This document shows positions 24,501-36,591 of a stretch of DNA of 64,000 nt, in pieces. This stretch comes from Eutreptiella sp. 'Long Island Sound 2002' (taxonomy: Eukaryota > Protista > Euglenida), in assembly GCA_964036045.1 (NCBI GenBank), contig OZ038378.1:190154001-190218000 (forward strand), in the 5' to 3' direction. Each line of letters starts with the position of its first letter. Positions within the stretch are counted from its first letter, which is position 1. The notes under the pieces were generated by a model. It did no database searches, was not told where the DNA came from, and worked only from the letters and a program-made list of their open reading frames with translations. The position numbers and the translations under genes are program-made.

Positions 24501-27500
24501 ACGAGTGTCTTTAATCGCCATATCAACCCCTGGACGTGCCATGATGAGCAGTAGGATCAACATTCGACTGTGATCCGCAAAACTGCGCTTCTTTATGGGT
24601 GCTTTTTCTTTCTGTGGTTTGGCATGGTTCGCTGGTCAGGGTTGCTTCGCTGTGCATTTGGGCTGTCTCAACGGGTGTGCATTAGTCCATTGTTGTGTAT
24701 CATGTCCATGGGAGCATCAACCATGTCCTTTCTCTCCGGCAGTCAAAACCCAACACTCATAGACCGAGCCCCTGGCTTGATGGAGCGTGGGCTGAGTGTG
24801 TGGGACACCCGGAATTTTTTTGTATTTTTAGGAAACAGACATGAGTCGAACATCCGTCAATGGGCTCACAACAGCGGTCGTTAGCCTCCAAACAGATTTA
24901 TCTTCAGACATGACTATTTTGAGATGTGGCGGCGGGGGGTGGGAGGCAGGAAGGGTGCGATTGCGGTGGGGAGCAGGCCATTGCTCAGTGGGCAAAATGC
25001 CCTACTCCAGTGATGTATTAGAACGGCCGTACACTGTAGGAGGAGTGGGGGTACCCCTCGCTGGACCCCCCCCCCTCCTCCGCTTCCAATTTTTGAGGCT
25101 GACAGCCAAAATTTTGCTTTGGCGCCTTCGGTGCCAAGAGGATTTAAGCTTAAATTTTTTTGGCCCGCCTTTGCTGGGGACCATAGGGGGACCCTAGGAG
25201 GAGGGGGGACCCAGCCAACCCCCCCCCCCCCCCCACAGACCCCCCCCCTTCTCCCCCTTCTAATACATCTCTGCCTACCCCCGGGAGAGGGTTACGGAGG
25301 TGTGTGGGTGGGTTGGCCCCAAATTCTCGCATTTTGGCACCCTCCCCGCGGAGGGTGGGGGCGCGCTTTTTTTGGGTCTTGGGTTTGTGAAGGGTTCTGA
25401 GATTGGCACTCAGGGATAAAGGACTTTAACCATTGGCTGTACTTCGTGGACTGGATGCCCTCTGTTCAGGGCACTGTGGGGAGATTTTCGTTCCCCAACT
25501 CTGTCCTTGTTTTCTTGCACTGTGCCACTCCAATGCCAACAAATCATTCTGGGTCATAGGGGACAACAAGTATCCGAGTGGCGCGGCGTCCTTCCTTCAA
25601 ATTACAGCCCATGGGGGTTTCGCAATCAAGTGCTTGTACGTGACTGTGGGTGTGGGGTACAGGACAACCCCTCACCGGGGGGGGGTGTCCTGTGTCCTGT
25701 GTCCTGATTTTTTAATTGGGTCTCACCCCCCGGGGGGTCAGCTGAAGCCCTGCCACCATAACCCCCCCGTAGAATATCAAGGACTGGATAATATTAAACC
25801 GCTGGATATTGTTCTTCAGGTGCTTGACATCAATTGGGATGTCCTGTGTTCTGCCACAGGTTTCATGCCCAGAGCCACTTTTTGTATTCTTTTTTGCGGT
25901 TGTACTGTTTGTGTGATGTCGTTGACAGCAGTGGGTTTTGTGCCTGCGATCCAATGAGGAGGACTCCTCAAGCAGAGTTCGAGATGAGTGTGCGAATGCA
26001 CACCATACATTTTAGTTCCACCTGCTGTGCATCCTGTGGCCCCTGTACCAGCACCTCAAGTACAGAGGGGAACACACAGCATCCTGTCTTACTTCGGCCC
26101 TGCTGCTGCACCGCACCAGGATCTTTCAGGAAAGTGCTGGGGCTCCGTTGGCACAACCGACTATGGTAGGCAAAGGGAACACACACGTCTGGCACATTTG
26201 TTTAGGGGGCGTACCGTGCGCTGTGCACGCGCTGTGCGCGCGCTGTGCGAAAAGTTGGCTGTTCTCCACCACCGGGAGTTCGGTAAGTTCAGAAGGTTGA
26301 AAGGACGTCATTGAATGGCGGCTGCAGTGGACGGGGCTATAGGGGGCAGAATTTAGGTCCCTGGGACCCATGGCAAGCATCAGATGTTTGAATTCTTGAG
26401 TTTTGAATTGATTGTGCATGATTCCGCAGGTGGATGGTTTTCAGGGTTGTTACCTGGATAAGCACCGTAATAATTGGCGCTGTGCCCGCGCTGTGCCCGC
26501 GCTGTGCGAACACGCCCCCTTAGCCTTGTGGTAACAACCTCCCCACACCTGTCCTTTGTGTGCCGGCTTGCACCTCAACCCATCGAGGCTCATTTTGTGG
26601 CCCTTCCAGGAGCAGAGCTTCCAGGAGTCGCAGGAGAAGATCCAACAAGAATTGGAGCAGCGTCGCTTGATGGAACAGATGCAGAAGCTGAACGAGGAGA
26701 TGATGCAGAACGAAGAGGACACAACCCGCAAAGAAAAGGAGGAGAAGCAGGAAGAGAACCGCAAGAAGCGGCAGCGTGTATGGCTCCCACCCATTGGTAC
26801 CACCCCTCAGGGAACATAGTGATGCTTTGTTGGCAGTTGTTGCCTGCTGGAGGACAATGCTGAGTCACACTACCGGTTGGGCTATGTGCTTGTGTTGTGG
26901 TGCGAGCGATGGTGTTTGTGCATTGCAGTTCGCACGGAGTGGTTTGCTGTGCTCTTGTTCACGGGTGCGGGTGTGTGTGCGCATGTGTGTGCATGCGCAC
27001 TGATCGATGTTGCGCTGCGCTACCGGTGGGGGGGGTAGGATTTGGTATGGCGAAATGTGGCACAACCAACATGTGGTACCACATTGTGGTACCACAAGTT
27101 GTACCACATTTTGCCATTGTGGTGGCTGGGGATTACAAGCAAGTCCACTGCATTTGAAACATGGCTGCATTCAGAAAATGTTGCACCAGCCCTTACACAG
27201 GTGAATAGCAGAGAAAGCAGAGAAAGCAGGAAGCTGAGTTGTAGAAGTACTATACTTCAACACTGGGGGTCTCTGGTTCAATTCCCAGGGTGTGCACAAT
27301 CTGGAAATTTTGTACCACATTTTTCCATGGTATTTAAGATTTCGGCCCTAATTTTTACCACACCGAATTTTGCCATACCAAAATTTGCTTGTACCAAATC
27401 CCCCCCGGTGCGGTGTGCTGTGCTGGGGCGCAGCGCGGCCGTGTGGTGTGGTATGCGTGGGGTGGTGGTGGTGGTGGTGGCGGGGTGTGGTGTGTGGTGT

Positions 27501-28850
27501 AGGGTGTGTGGTGTGGTGTGGCATGGCGTGCCATGGTGTTGGCATAGCATGGCATGGCATGGCATGACGGCATGGTGTGGTGTGGTGCGGTGTGGTGTGG
27601 TGTGGTGTGGTGTGGTGTGCCGAAGGCGCTGTTACCAAATGGCAATGGCTGGGATGGTCTTGCACACAGGAAAATGCAAGCCGGGAGGGCTGTGTGTCTA
27701 AGCGCGCGCTGTGTGTAGTGTGTTTTGCACTTGGTACGGCAGCGCATACGCCCCCCCTCCGCCGGTCTCAGCCTAAAGCTGTTCGGGGGATTCCCTGCTG
27801 CTCCGCTTGTTGGTGCAGTTGAAGTTCTTGCAACGCCCATGCCATCATGCCTCCGGGTGCCACGCAGGCCTTGATGAGGCAATCCGGGGCTGTGGCGTAT
27901 GCCAACCACACCCGTTGCGACTCCGACAACACTTGTCCGATGAACTCCGTCCCCATGTCGTGTGGCCCCTGCCAGCCCCATGTGCGCCGCCCGCATGGAT
28001 GGTGTTGCCAGGGTGGCTGACCACTGCTCCAGGGTCACTAAGTCCCACAATGGGCAGTGCGCTTGGGACGCCCGGGTCCCCACATACGTGCTCAGCCACG
28101 TGTGGAGGCATTGGCGGGCTGGCCGCCACTCATGGGACTGCACTGGGCACTCCCGAAGGTGCTGGGCCGTCTCCGGGTAGCCTCCGCAGAGTAGGCAGTG
28201 TGTGCATAGCTGCACGCTGCGGTGCTTGGAACGCTCTGCCAGCACCGTCATGGTTGGGAGGTTGCATCCGGTGGGCCACCAAGTGTTTCTGCTGGTCACT
28301 CGTATACCAGTCCAGAGGCAGGCCTCGGCCCCGGTTGTAGTTCAACCCCCATGGTGCTCATTGGTGTTCATATTGCACCTGGGCGGGGACGGCCGCCTGC
28401 TCCTGCAGCCACCCCTGCAGGTCGGACGGGGCTAGCTGCATGCGCTCCCGAAACTTCGCCGCCGGTAGGAATGCATATGGGTGTCGTAGTATCCAGGTGA
28501 GGTCCATCTGTGGCTTCTCCCTGGTGGCGGCGTCCACTTGCACATTGATGGCGGTGATCCAGTGCTAGGGGGTGACCACGATGTTGATCACAGCCTTGGA
28601 GGCGAGGCATTTGGCCCCCAGGGTGTGTGTGGTGTATGCCATCCTCCCATCCCCTAAACCAGAGCCAGTGCACTGACACGTTCCGTTGCAGGAGGAGTGG
28701 GCCGCCATGGACGACGAGACAGATGACCGCAAGAGAAAGTACAACAGCGGCCGCTCAGATTTCGAGGTGACCGAAGAAGAGGCAGAGGCATGGCGCAAGA
28801 CCCAGATCCACGAGGCAGACCCTATGAAGGCTTTCCTCGAGAAGGGCTGA
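15556..28850 (+). CDS. SLU7: Pre-mRNA splicing factor SLU7, 11 exons, 550 aa
   Basis: Exons 15556-15673, 15788-15917, 16059-16177, 16355-16518, 16617-16717, 17854-18019, 20661-20832, 23184-23338, 23709-23909, 26610-26777, 28692-28850. All introns GT-AG with matching phases; total 1653 nt. Hallmark motifs: [23 protein letters not shown] zinc knuckle, [48 protein letters not shown], and C-terminal RKRKYNS...DPMKAFL. Confidence 0.96.
18425..18462. repeat. (ACAT)n microsatellite
   Basis: Perfect ACAT tandem inside SLU7 intron 6. Confidence 0.95.
20176..20582. repeat. Compound trinucleotide low-complexity tract, (GCA)n/(GGA)n/(GGT)n
   Basis: Directly visible; sits just upstream of SLU7 exon 7 and produces low-complexity spurious ORFs. 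Confidence 0.85.
25008..25273. mobile_element. MITE with 16-bp TIR in SLU7 intron 9
   Basis: CAGTGATGTATTAGAA ... TTCTAATACATCTCTG (15/16 inverted match); flanks CCTACTC and CCTACCC (6/7 match, possible TSD). Confidence 0.7.
26205..26519. mobile_element. PIF/Harbinger (Tourist-like) MITE, copy 1
   Basis: TIR GGGGGCGT...ACGCCCCC, TTA on both flanks, subterminal GCGCTGTGC repeats; near-identical to 42530-42833. Confidence 0.85.
27412..28630 (-). mobile_element. 5'-truncated, degenerate LINE (3' part of ORF2 plus (CACAC)n tail) in SLU7 intron 10
   Basis: [17 protein letters not shown] at 28147-28197 is the CCHC zinc finger typical of non-LTR ORF2 C-termini. Frameshifted ORF pieces. The 3' end TGGTAACAGCGCCTTCGGCA runs into (CACAC)n and is shared with copies at ~43.6, ~45.0 and ~47.05 kb. 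Confidence 0.8.
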
Positions 28851-29499
28851 GCCTATGCACCAACCCCCGGTGGGTCTGCCATGGAATCGAAAGGGGGAGG
28901 TGTGGGTGGGCGAAGGGGTGATACAGTGGTGTGGCGTCAGTAACCGATGTGTCAATTATGAAGGTGCCCGATTAGGGCTACACCCACCCCTAGCAGGTCC
29001 ACCACTTGGAGCTGTGATGGGGGGGGGTCGGAGGTGTTTCATGGGAGGGTGCTGGGGACGGAGACATTGCAGGGCTGGGAAGAGGTATGGGGGAGCTACT
29101 GTGGGGGTGAGTGAGCTTGGGAGCATGCTGGGGGCGACTGGTGCCTGTGTTTGGCTGGTTTGTGACCAGTGTTGTGGGTCGGAGGTGACTGCGCTGAGGG
29201 GTTCAACTAAAGAGGTGGAATTTTGTCTGCCGCAATTTGCCCCACCCTGGCATGATGGACGATGGGGGACCGCTGGTTCGAACCTCGACTACTGCTGAGT
29301 GGGGGTCCCGGTGGGGCTACCACCCTGGGGTGGAGGAAAACAGAGGCCAAGACTCCTGCCTATGGAGAAGGGTTGACTGCCTCCTCTTAAGCCCTTGAGG
29401 ATCTGCCGTGGAATTATGCGGTAGAGTGTGCGTGGGCAGGCGGTCGGCAATGAAGCAGGAGTTAAGGTGATTGGGGGGGGGGGGGGCTTTGGCATCAGG

Positions 29500-32400
29500 T
29501 TCAGGGGTGGAGAGGGACCGCATGAGGACCTTGGCGGATGCATCGGTGAGCAACAGCTACCGCAATTGGGTGCCTGGTGCGATTGGGATTCTGTTGGAGC
29601 GGAGCGGGAAGGTCCGCGTAGTCTGTGCCATCTGCCCATTTACACCTTGGCGCAAACTCAGTGGATGTGCCTGGGTAAGTGAATGGTGTATGGTGTATGT
29701 TTTGGTGCTGGAGACCGTCTCGCCCCCGCCCCACCTCCGCACTGCCCTTTGTCACAATTTATGGGTCCTTTGTGGCGCAGACCACCCTCCGAACTTCACC
29801 GTCTGGGAATGACTGCGTGTGCAGCCTGTCAGCTCTGGCAGGGGAATGACGCCATGCAGGGGGGGTTGAGGTTCGCAGTTTTCCGCAATTTATCGCAACT
29901 TTTCAACAATTGCTTCTGGCTCATAGAACTGCGGACACCCCTCCCCCCCCACACGTGTGTGGCCGGTGATATGTCAGTGCTGCCCTCGTTGCTGCCGTCC
30001 CCGACCGTTCTCCATGGCGTCGGCCTGGGCGTGCGGGGCGACTTGCTTGTCCGGCGTGCGGATGGGGAGGTGGCGTGCGTAGGTGTGGCTGTGTTCCGCG
30101 TGTTGGGGGGGGCTGATTTGGGCAGTGGGGAGTGGTAGGCCCTGTGGGCCGATGGCTCGTCCGCGTGCGCTGCCACCGCACTCTCACGGTCCTCATCGGT
30201 GCAGGTTGCAGCCCTGCAAGTCACACACAATTTCCTTTTTGGAAGTTGGTTGCCCAGTGGCGTCCACGAGAAGAGGGGCCAGAAGGCGTGTGTCTGTGCC
30301 CCGTCCTAGTTGATCGATAGCCGGTCGGAGGGCTGCAGTGGAACGGGTCCGGACCCCCCCGCCCCAGTGCTTCTTGCACAGGTAACGTCCAATGTACAGT
30401 AGGATGAGGGGGGAGAAGGGAGGTGGAAAGGTGCTGAGGGGCCAAAGAATGAATGACCCCTGCCTCGAATTTCCCCCATTTCACGAATTTCGAATTTCTT
30501 TTCATTTTCCTTCCGCATGGTCCTTCCAATGGACCGTGTGCTTGGGGGAGTCTTTGTCAGTCTTTTCTGGCCCCCCCACAGGTGCAGATCCCCGGTGCTG
30601 CGGTGGGGTGGGGTGGATTGGAGGTGGTTTTTTTTGGGGGGGGGTGCCCCTCCCCCCGCCTTATCAGGCACTAGCGTGACTGCTGGTGCCCCACGCGCCG
30701 GAGGGGACTAATCATGGGTCGTGCCACCAGCGTGCTGCCGGCCACTAGGCTGGTGCCTGGTGTTTACCGGGATGTTGCTTTTACTCTGCCTTGGCCCAAC
30801 CCCCAGTACGAAGGGCGCTTGCACGGCGTCCCGGGTTGTGAACATTACACAGCTGTGGCCGGCCAGTCAAGGGCTTTAAATCACAAACGGCAAACTCAGT
30901 CCGCAGTATCAAGAAACATTTGCCGCCTCCATGACAGGCGCTTGTCACGGGGTCACTGGGCTGGTGTGAGTGATTTTGTAACGGGGTGTTGCGCTGTCTC
31001 CCATGGTCATTGGGTGGTGGACGCCGGTGGCGGCTCCGTTGCCCACTTCTTCCGGCGTGTTGCCCCGCATCTGTGACATAACCGATTGGGGCTGGTCGTG
31101 CATCTGCAAGGGAGAGCCTGTAACCCCTCCACCCGTTTCAACGCCTGGCACAGTGTTGTTGCACAGCCCGTGCTGAGACAATGGGGCAAGCGGTGTGTGA
31201 GTTGGAGGCCACCTACTCTACCCTTCCCATCCAGACAAACGTGAGGAGGGGGGGGGGTCAAACTTGGTCTGGGGTGTTTCTATCGAACGCGTGGGTCCCA
31301 CACTGTACTGCCCTGCCTCCCTCTCTCTTTGTCGAGGCAACAAAGTTAGTTTCGCCTTGCTTGTGGGTCCCAGAAGTATGGATCCTGCAGTACAAGTACC
31401 GTCCTGTCAAGAAAGCAAAATTTAACCACGGCTCGCCCTGCTGCACAGCGAGGCAACTTTATGCAGGACAAAACATTCTTCGGAGAACATTGGCATACAC
31501 CCGCTGTTGTTTGAAAGATTTCCTCTATTTCAAGGATTAGTACACCTCCAGCACTCCTTACGGGTTTGCGTGTCCATGGGGTGTGGCATGACTGGCGGTG
31601 TTGCACTCAGTGTGTTCTACATGTGCCTGGCAATTCCTCTGCGGGTGGCGGTTCTGCACGGATGGGTGCTTTGAAATCTTCGAGGCAACCAATTGGGGGT
31701 GTATTCTAAATCCTTCTTCCAATTTGAATGACGGGCTCGGAACTGCTCCAGTAGAATTTTGTTACGAGAGAAAAGACAGCCCCTTATTTTTGCCCCCCCC
31801 CCCCCCGCTGTATTTGCAACCGTATCCCAACTCTACTCACATCAAAAGTGACAAGACACATAGCACACCACCGAACGCGTGCCACTCGGTGATCCGGAAC
31901 CCCCGGGCCCCGCGTTGCACCTTCCACAGCGTCTGTCCGCCCCACCCACCGCCCACACCCACACCCACACTTCGTGGTCCCGGGTCTTGTGCCACAGGTC
32001 CCGTGCCCGTCTGTCCCAACAATGATTTCATCTGCACAGTGCACGGTGTTGGGGTGTGCAACAAGTTAACAAAGCTCTTCTCACCTCTTGGGGGACCCCC
32101 CACCCCCCAGTAGTACTAATCAATTTGGCCACACTTTGCTTTTCTTTCCACACCCACCATTCGTCTCTCAGGTAGCCCCCCTCGCCCCCTGGGTTTTGTA
32201 GTTGGTCCCACTGCAACGGAGCACAGTACCCGACAGCCGATACCTGTCTACGTCTCCGTGGGCATGCCCTCCACCCTCTGCTCTGGGGATAGTGTGAAAG
32301 CAAGTGACCGTATTTTGCCCTGTGTCAATGTGATGGTGCGGAATGTCTTTTTTTTTCTCTGCACCATTTTGAACGTCTTTCTTTTGCCGTGTAATCCGCT

Positions 32401-35400
32401 AACCCTACAAATACACAAATTTTGGCTGCCCGGATTTTGGTCTGTGTCAGATGAGTTGTTTAGTGCAGTGTTGCTGCGTTGTTGTGTTGTGTGGATCATC
32501 TTCCTGCATTTTCAAGATGCGAAATTTGGGGTTCAAAGCTCCAAAAGAACAACCTGGATCTTCATATTTGTCCAGATCTCTCAATTTCCTCTGCTCTAGC
32601 TCTGTTCGGGGTTCAGGTGCGGTTGCTTCATTGGTGGATTGCTTGAGCTGTTGGACCTCTGCTTTGCGGAGTTGCAAACCGATGACAACCATCACCATTG
32701 ATACTGCTCCAAAGGCTCGTGTCTCCCTGTACTTGTCAGGAGACAGGCTTGAGACAAGGCGTTGTCATGGCTACGATGGGTATTTGTCGAGGATGCTGTG
32801 CATCAGACAAGACTTGTTTTGAAAGTCAGTGCAGTTGGGGTTTCAGTTTCATGCTTTATCTGTCTGACCCATTTGCTCTTGAGCGTTTTGGGTTGTGGGT
32901 GCAAGCGCGCTTGGCCATTCCTGTGCCGCAGCACACCCCATACGGTGCTGTGCCCGTCATTTGCCCAAATGGTGGTGCATGCAGATGCAGCATTGGATTG
33001 CACCAACACATCTGGTAAAAGTGATTGGTTTGTGCCATGTCTGGATGTCAAAAAGTGATGATGGCATTTTTTGCAACGTTGTTGTTTGGTGAAGAAATGA
33101 ATCAGCAACGGATGTGACTGTTTGTTGATTTAAATTGGATCCGAACAGTGTTGCAGTTCGGATGCATCATGTGGCCCAATTTGGTGAGACATTGATAGAA
33201 TGCTACTTCAAGGTCCAGTCAGTGTGAGTTACAAATCAGAATTTGTTGGAATTTTTGCGACTGAGAAAACGATTTCTGGGAAAATGGTTTGGGTTAATTT
33301 GATTTTCCCCAGGTTTTGGGCCAACACCAAGTCACTAGAAATGAAATCATGTGAAAAAGCTGTTGCCTACCACAGGGCTCCAAATGCGAACGTAGCACCT
33401 TTAAGTAGGGATGGGGCACCACTGCTCAGAGTGTTATTTTGATGTGTCATGTTCAGGCCATTGCCTTGTAGCGAAAATCCCCCACTCCCAGGGCTGGGTA
33501 GGTGAGTGGCTGTGTGAATGGGTGGATGGGTGGATGGGTGAGTGGGTCAGATACGTGAAAAGCGTTTTGTGCCCCCGATAATTGACAGCAAATTTCCTCC
33601 CCTTATTGGACACTTCATTTGTTCCCTAGAAACATCTTCTGATGTGGTCGGGCTGGTGGTTGGCTGGGTTCAGCCAGGGTACCTGATTCGGGAGATGGGG
33701 CAAGCCCTGTCGGCATCGGAGCTTGCAGTCAGGGTGTATCTGGGGCCGTCGGCTGCGCAGCTGGTGGACCCCAGGTCCCAGGTACATTCAGAGGTTGGAG
33801 GTCCCATGGTGTGTGCAGAGAGTGCGATTTGACCGTTGAAAACCAGTACGGTACGAATCCTAAAGATTTTCGAAAGGAGAATTTCCCGGCACAAGGTGTT
33901 GTTGTCCGCGAAAAAAAAACAGTCAAAAAATTTTTGTTGGCGTCATGCCCTACGCAAAAATGGGTTCCGCAAAAAAATATCGCAAAAATAAATTGTTTTT
34001 TGCCCCTGCCCCCCCCCCCTTTTTGCAGGAATGCCAGAATCGCGGGAGGGATGCTGTGTTGGCCCCACTGCTTGTTGCCCCGCTTCCGTGTCTCATGCCC
34101 CATTCTGCATCTTTCAGAGAACGATGAATCAGAGACCAAGGTATGCACGGTCTCTTGCAGTAGCAACAAAATGATTCAACCCCAATCCCCAACACGCAAG
34201 AAAAAAACACAAAAAATAATTTTTGGTACAACGCCCTACGCAAAAACGGGTTCCGCAAAAAAAGCACGCAAAAAATAAAATATTTTTTGCCCATTTTGGA
34301 TGCTGTTGCAAAAATTTTGCTTATTATTATCATTAATTCAAAACACCCAACGCAATGATTAGGATTCCGCGAATCTTTAGGACTCGTGCAGTATCCTGGT
34401 TGGCAAGCTCCTAGATCAATGCAACACCCACACGCACATGTGACACAGCGCAACAGAGGCTCTAAAATTTGCTACAAATTTACCCAGAATTAAAGAAATA
34501 CATTGGAAATCTGGAATATTGCTGCTAGGTGTGGTGTATTCATCTGGATGACATACACCGTCTTGTCCACATCCAAGGTCACTCACCCCCGCCCCTCCAA
34601 TATTGCATGAACAAACACCTTGATCGGACGCAGCGAGCACCTAAGGGGCTTTGCGGTCAAGAAAAACACTAGCACGGGTCAAGAATGGGTTGATGTGGGG
34701 GACTAAAAGCGCCGATTCAGTGCATGACCCCAATCTGCAGCCTCAAAAAGGGAAGACATCCACATTGTTTACAATGACACCCTACCCATGAAAGTTGCAG
34801 GTATTTCCACAGGGAAGGTGTAGACGGCCGGTCCAATCTACCTTTTCTGGGCAGTCTCAGCACCATGGTGCAGCAGAATGCTGCATGATGCAATGGGCCA
34901 CCCACCAATGCTTGGTAATAGGGGCCAAATGGCTGAGGGAGCGAAGGCAGGCAGCGGTGGCACCAGCCTTGGTGCCACGGGAGTGATAGCCATAGTTCAG
35001 TCACCCCCCCCCCCCGCCGCCCAAAAATCACCTTGCACAGCAGAGGTAGGGGGACAGGGGCATTGGTTCGGAAATAGGGATTTGGCGGGTATGGGGCATT
35101 TTTTGTTTGTCTTAGCGCATTTTTGGTTTGCCCCAGGGCATTTTTGCTGTGGGCTCGGGCAATTGCCTCTTGCGCTTGGACATTTTGGGTATGTCTTTTG
35201 GGCATTAGCCTTTTGCCCTGGGGCAATTTTGGGTTCCCCTAGAGTATTTGCCCGGTATCCTAGGGCATTTGCTTTTTGCCCTTGGGCATTTATGGTTGCC
35301 CTAGGGCCTTGGGGGGTTTTTACCAACTAAGCAATGGCCAGGTTGGGCAAATGCTTGGTGGCATCAGCAAAAGCGCTGTTTGACCAGTGGGTGGTCGTTG

Positions 35401-36591
35401 CACGCCGGGGGTTATCAAGATAATTGGTGAAGATTTGGTTCGGTTGGTTTGACCCATTTTTTGGCATTCTCCCCAGCCATACCCCCTCCCCCCCAAGGGA
35501 GTGGATTTCGCTTGCCTAAGGTACTGAGTTGTGCAGGATTGAAAATGGTTACCATGTGTTGGCTGTATTGTGGCAGTTGACGTGTGCAGCCGGACAGTGA
35601 CGCCTGTGTAGATAGTGAGGCTTTGTCTTCATTTTCCTTGAGCAGGCAGCACTCTAAATCATAGCATATCAGGGCATAGGGGACTACCGTTGGTCTCGAA
35701 TGGTGGGGCGTCTTTCCCCTATGGGTTACAGCCAACATGGGTTGGATGGAGATGTCTTTGCGAGGCTGTGCTGACCTGAGCAGACGCCCCCGCCCATCTG
35801 TCCAAGTGGGGGCTGGTGACGAGCCAAAATATCCGGGGTTCATAAGCAATGACCTGTATCCAACGACCACCCAGCGGTCGAACGACGACACCTTCTTGGT
35901 GATTGCGCAAGGGGAGGGGGTAACCATCGTGAGACAGCAGCACTTGTAGGCACGTTGATTCCTCACCTTTTTCAGGGGGTCTCCAAAATGGCAGGGGTTG
36001 TGGAGCCACTTTGATTGTTACCCCTTTTGGGGGGGTCCCCCTCCCCTTCTGGTCCCCCCCCCGGGGGGGGCCCAAGATGGTGCAGACTGACTGAGTCGAG
36101 ACCTACTGAGCCAGGATTCCCGTGGTCTACACGCCCCATAAGCCCTGGTTGGGCAGCAGATTACTGTATTTTGGGATTTTGGGATCTGGACCCATGCTTG
36201 TAGCCATGAAGCTATGAGAGGTGATCGTTGAGCACACCCCTTGTGATGGGGTGTATGCTGTGGCTTGTATACCCGAGCCTCTCGTTTTCTGTTGCTCAGG
36301 CCGGAGTTCTGTTTGATGTACCATTCGTTTTCAAGGTGCTTTGTGCAACTACTAGGGATAGTAAGAATGTACCCTGCACATGAATCTCAGTGCACCACAA
36401 GTGCCAGGGGTCAGGTCCTTCCTCTCCCTTTCCTGTCTTGTTACAAACAGGGCGCAGGCGTAAAGCAGGGTGCACCTTCGGTGGATCTTACGGAGTATGC
36501 CACAAGTGCACTGGGTGTGCAGGCTCTTGTCAGACGGCTTAACTGTAGAGGACCTGTGATGTGCGGTGAAGTAGATTGGACTGCATTGTAG
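29500..36591 (+). CDS. Candidate multi-exon gene of unknown function
   Basis: Best-supported exons are 33630-33781 (ETSSDVVGLVVGWVQPGYLIREMGQALSASELAVRVYLGPSAAQLVDPRSQ) and 36451-36591 (GAGVKQGAPSVDLTEYATSALGVQALVRRLNCRGPVMCGEVDWTAL*), phase-compatible and with good pyrimidine tracts. Weaker upstream candidates end at 29674 (G|GTAAGT, phase 1) and lie at 30205-30287. No family recognised and no start found. Confidence 0.3.

Noticed and set aside
35652-35684. VPYALICYDLEC on the minus strand, resembling the exonuclease I motif of Polinton-type PolB
   Set aside because: A single short motif with no other PolB motifs, integrase or TIRs nearby. A profile search of ORF 35415..35966 would settle it.
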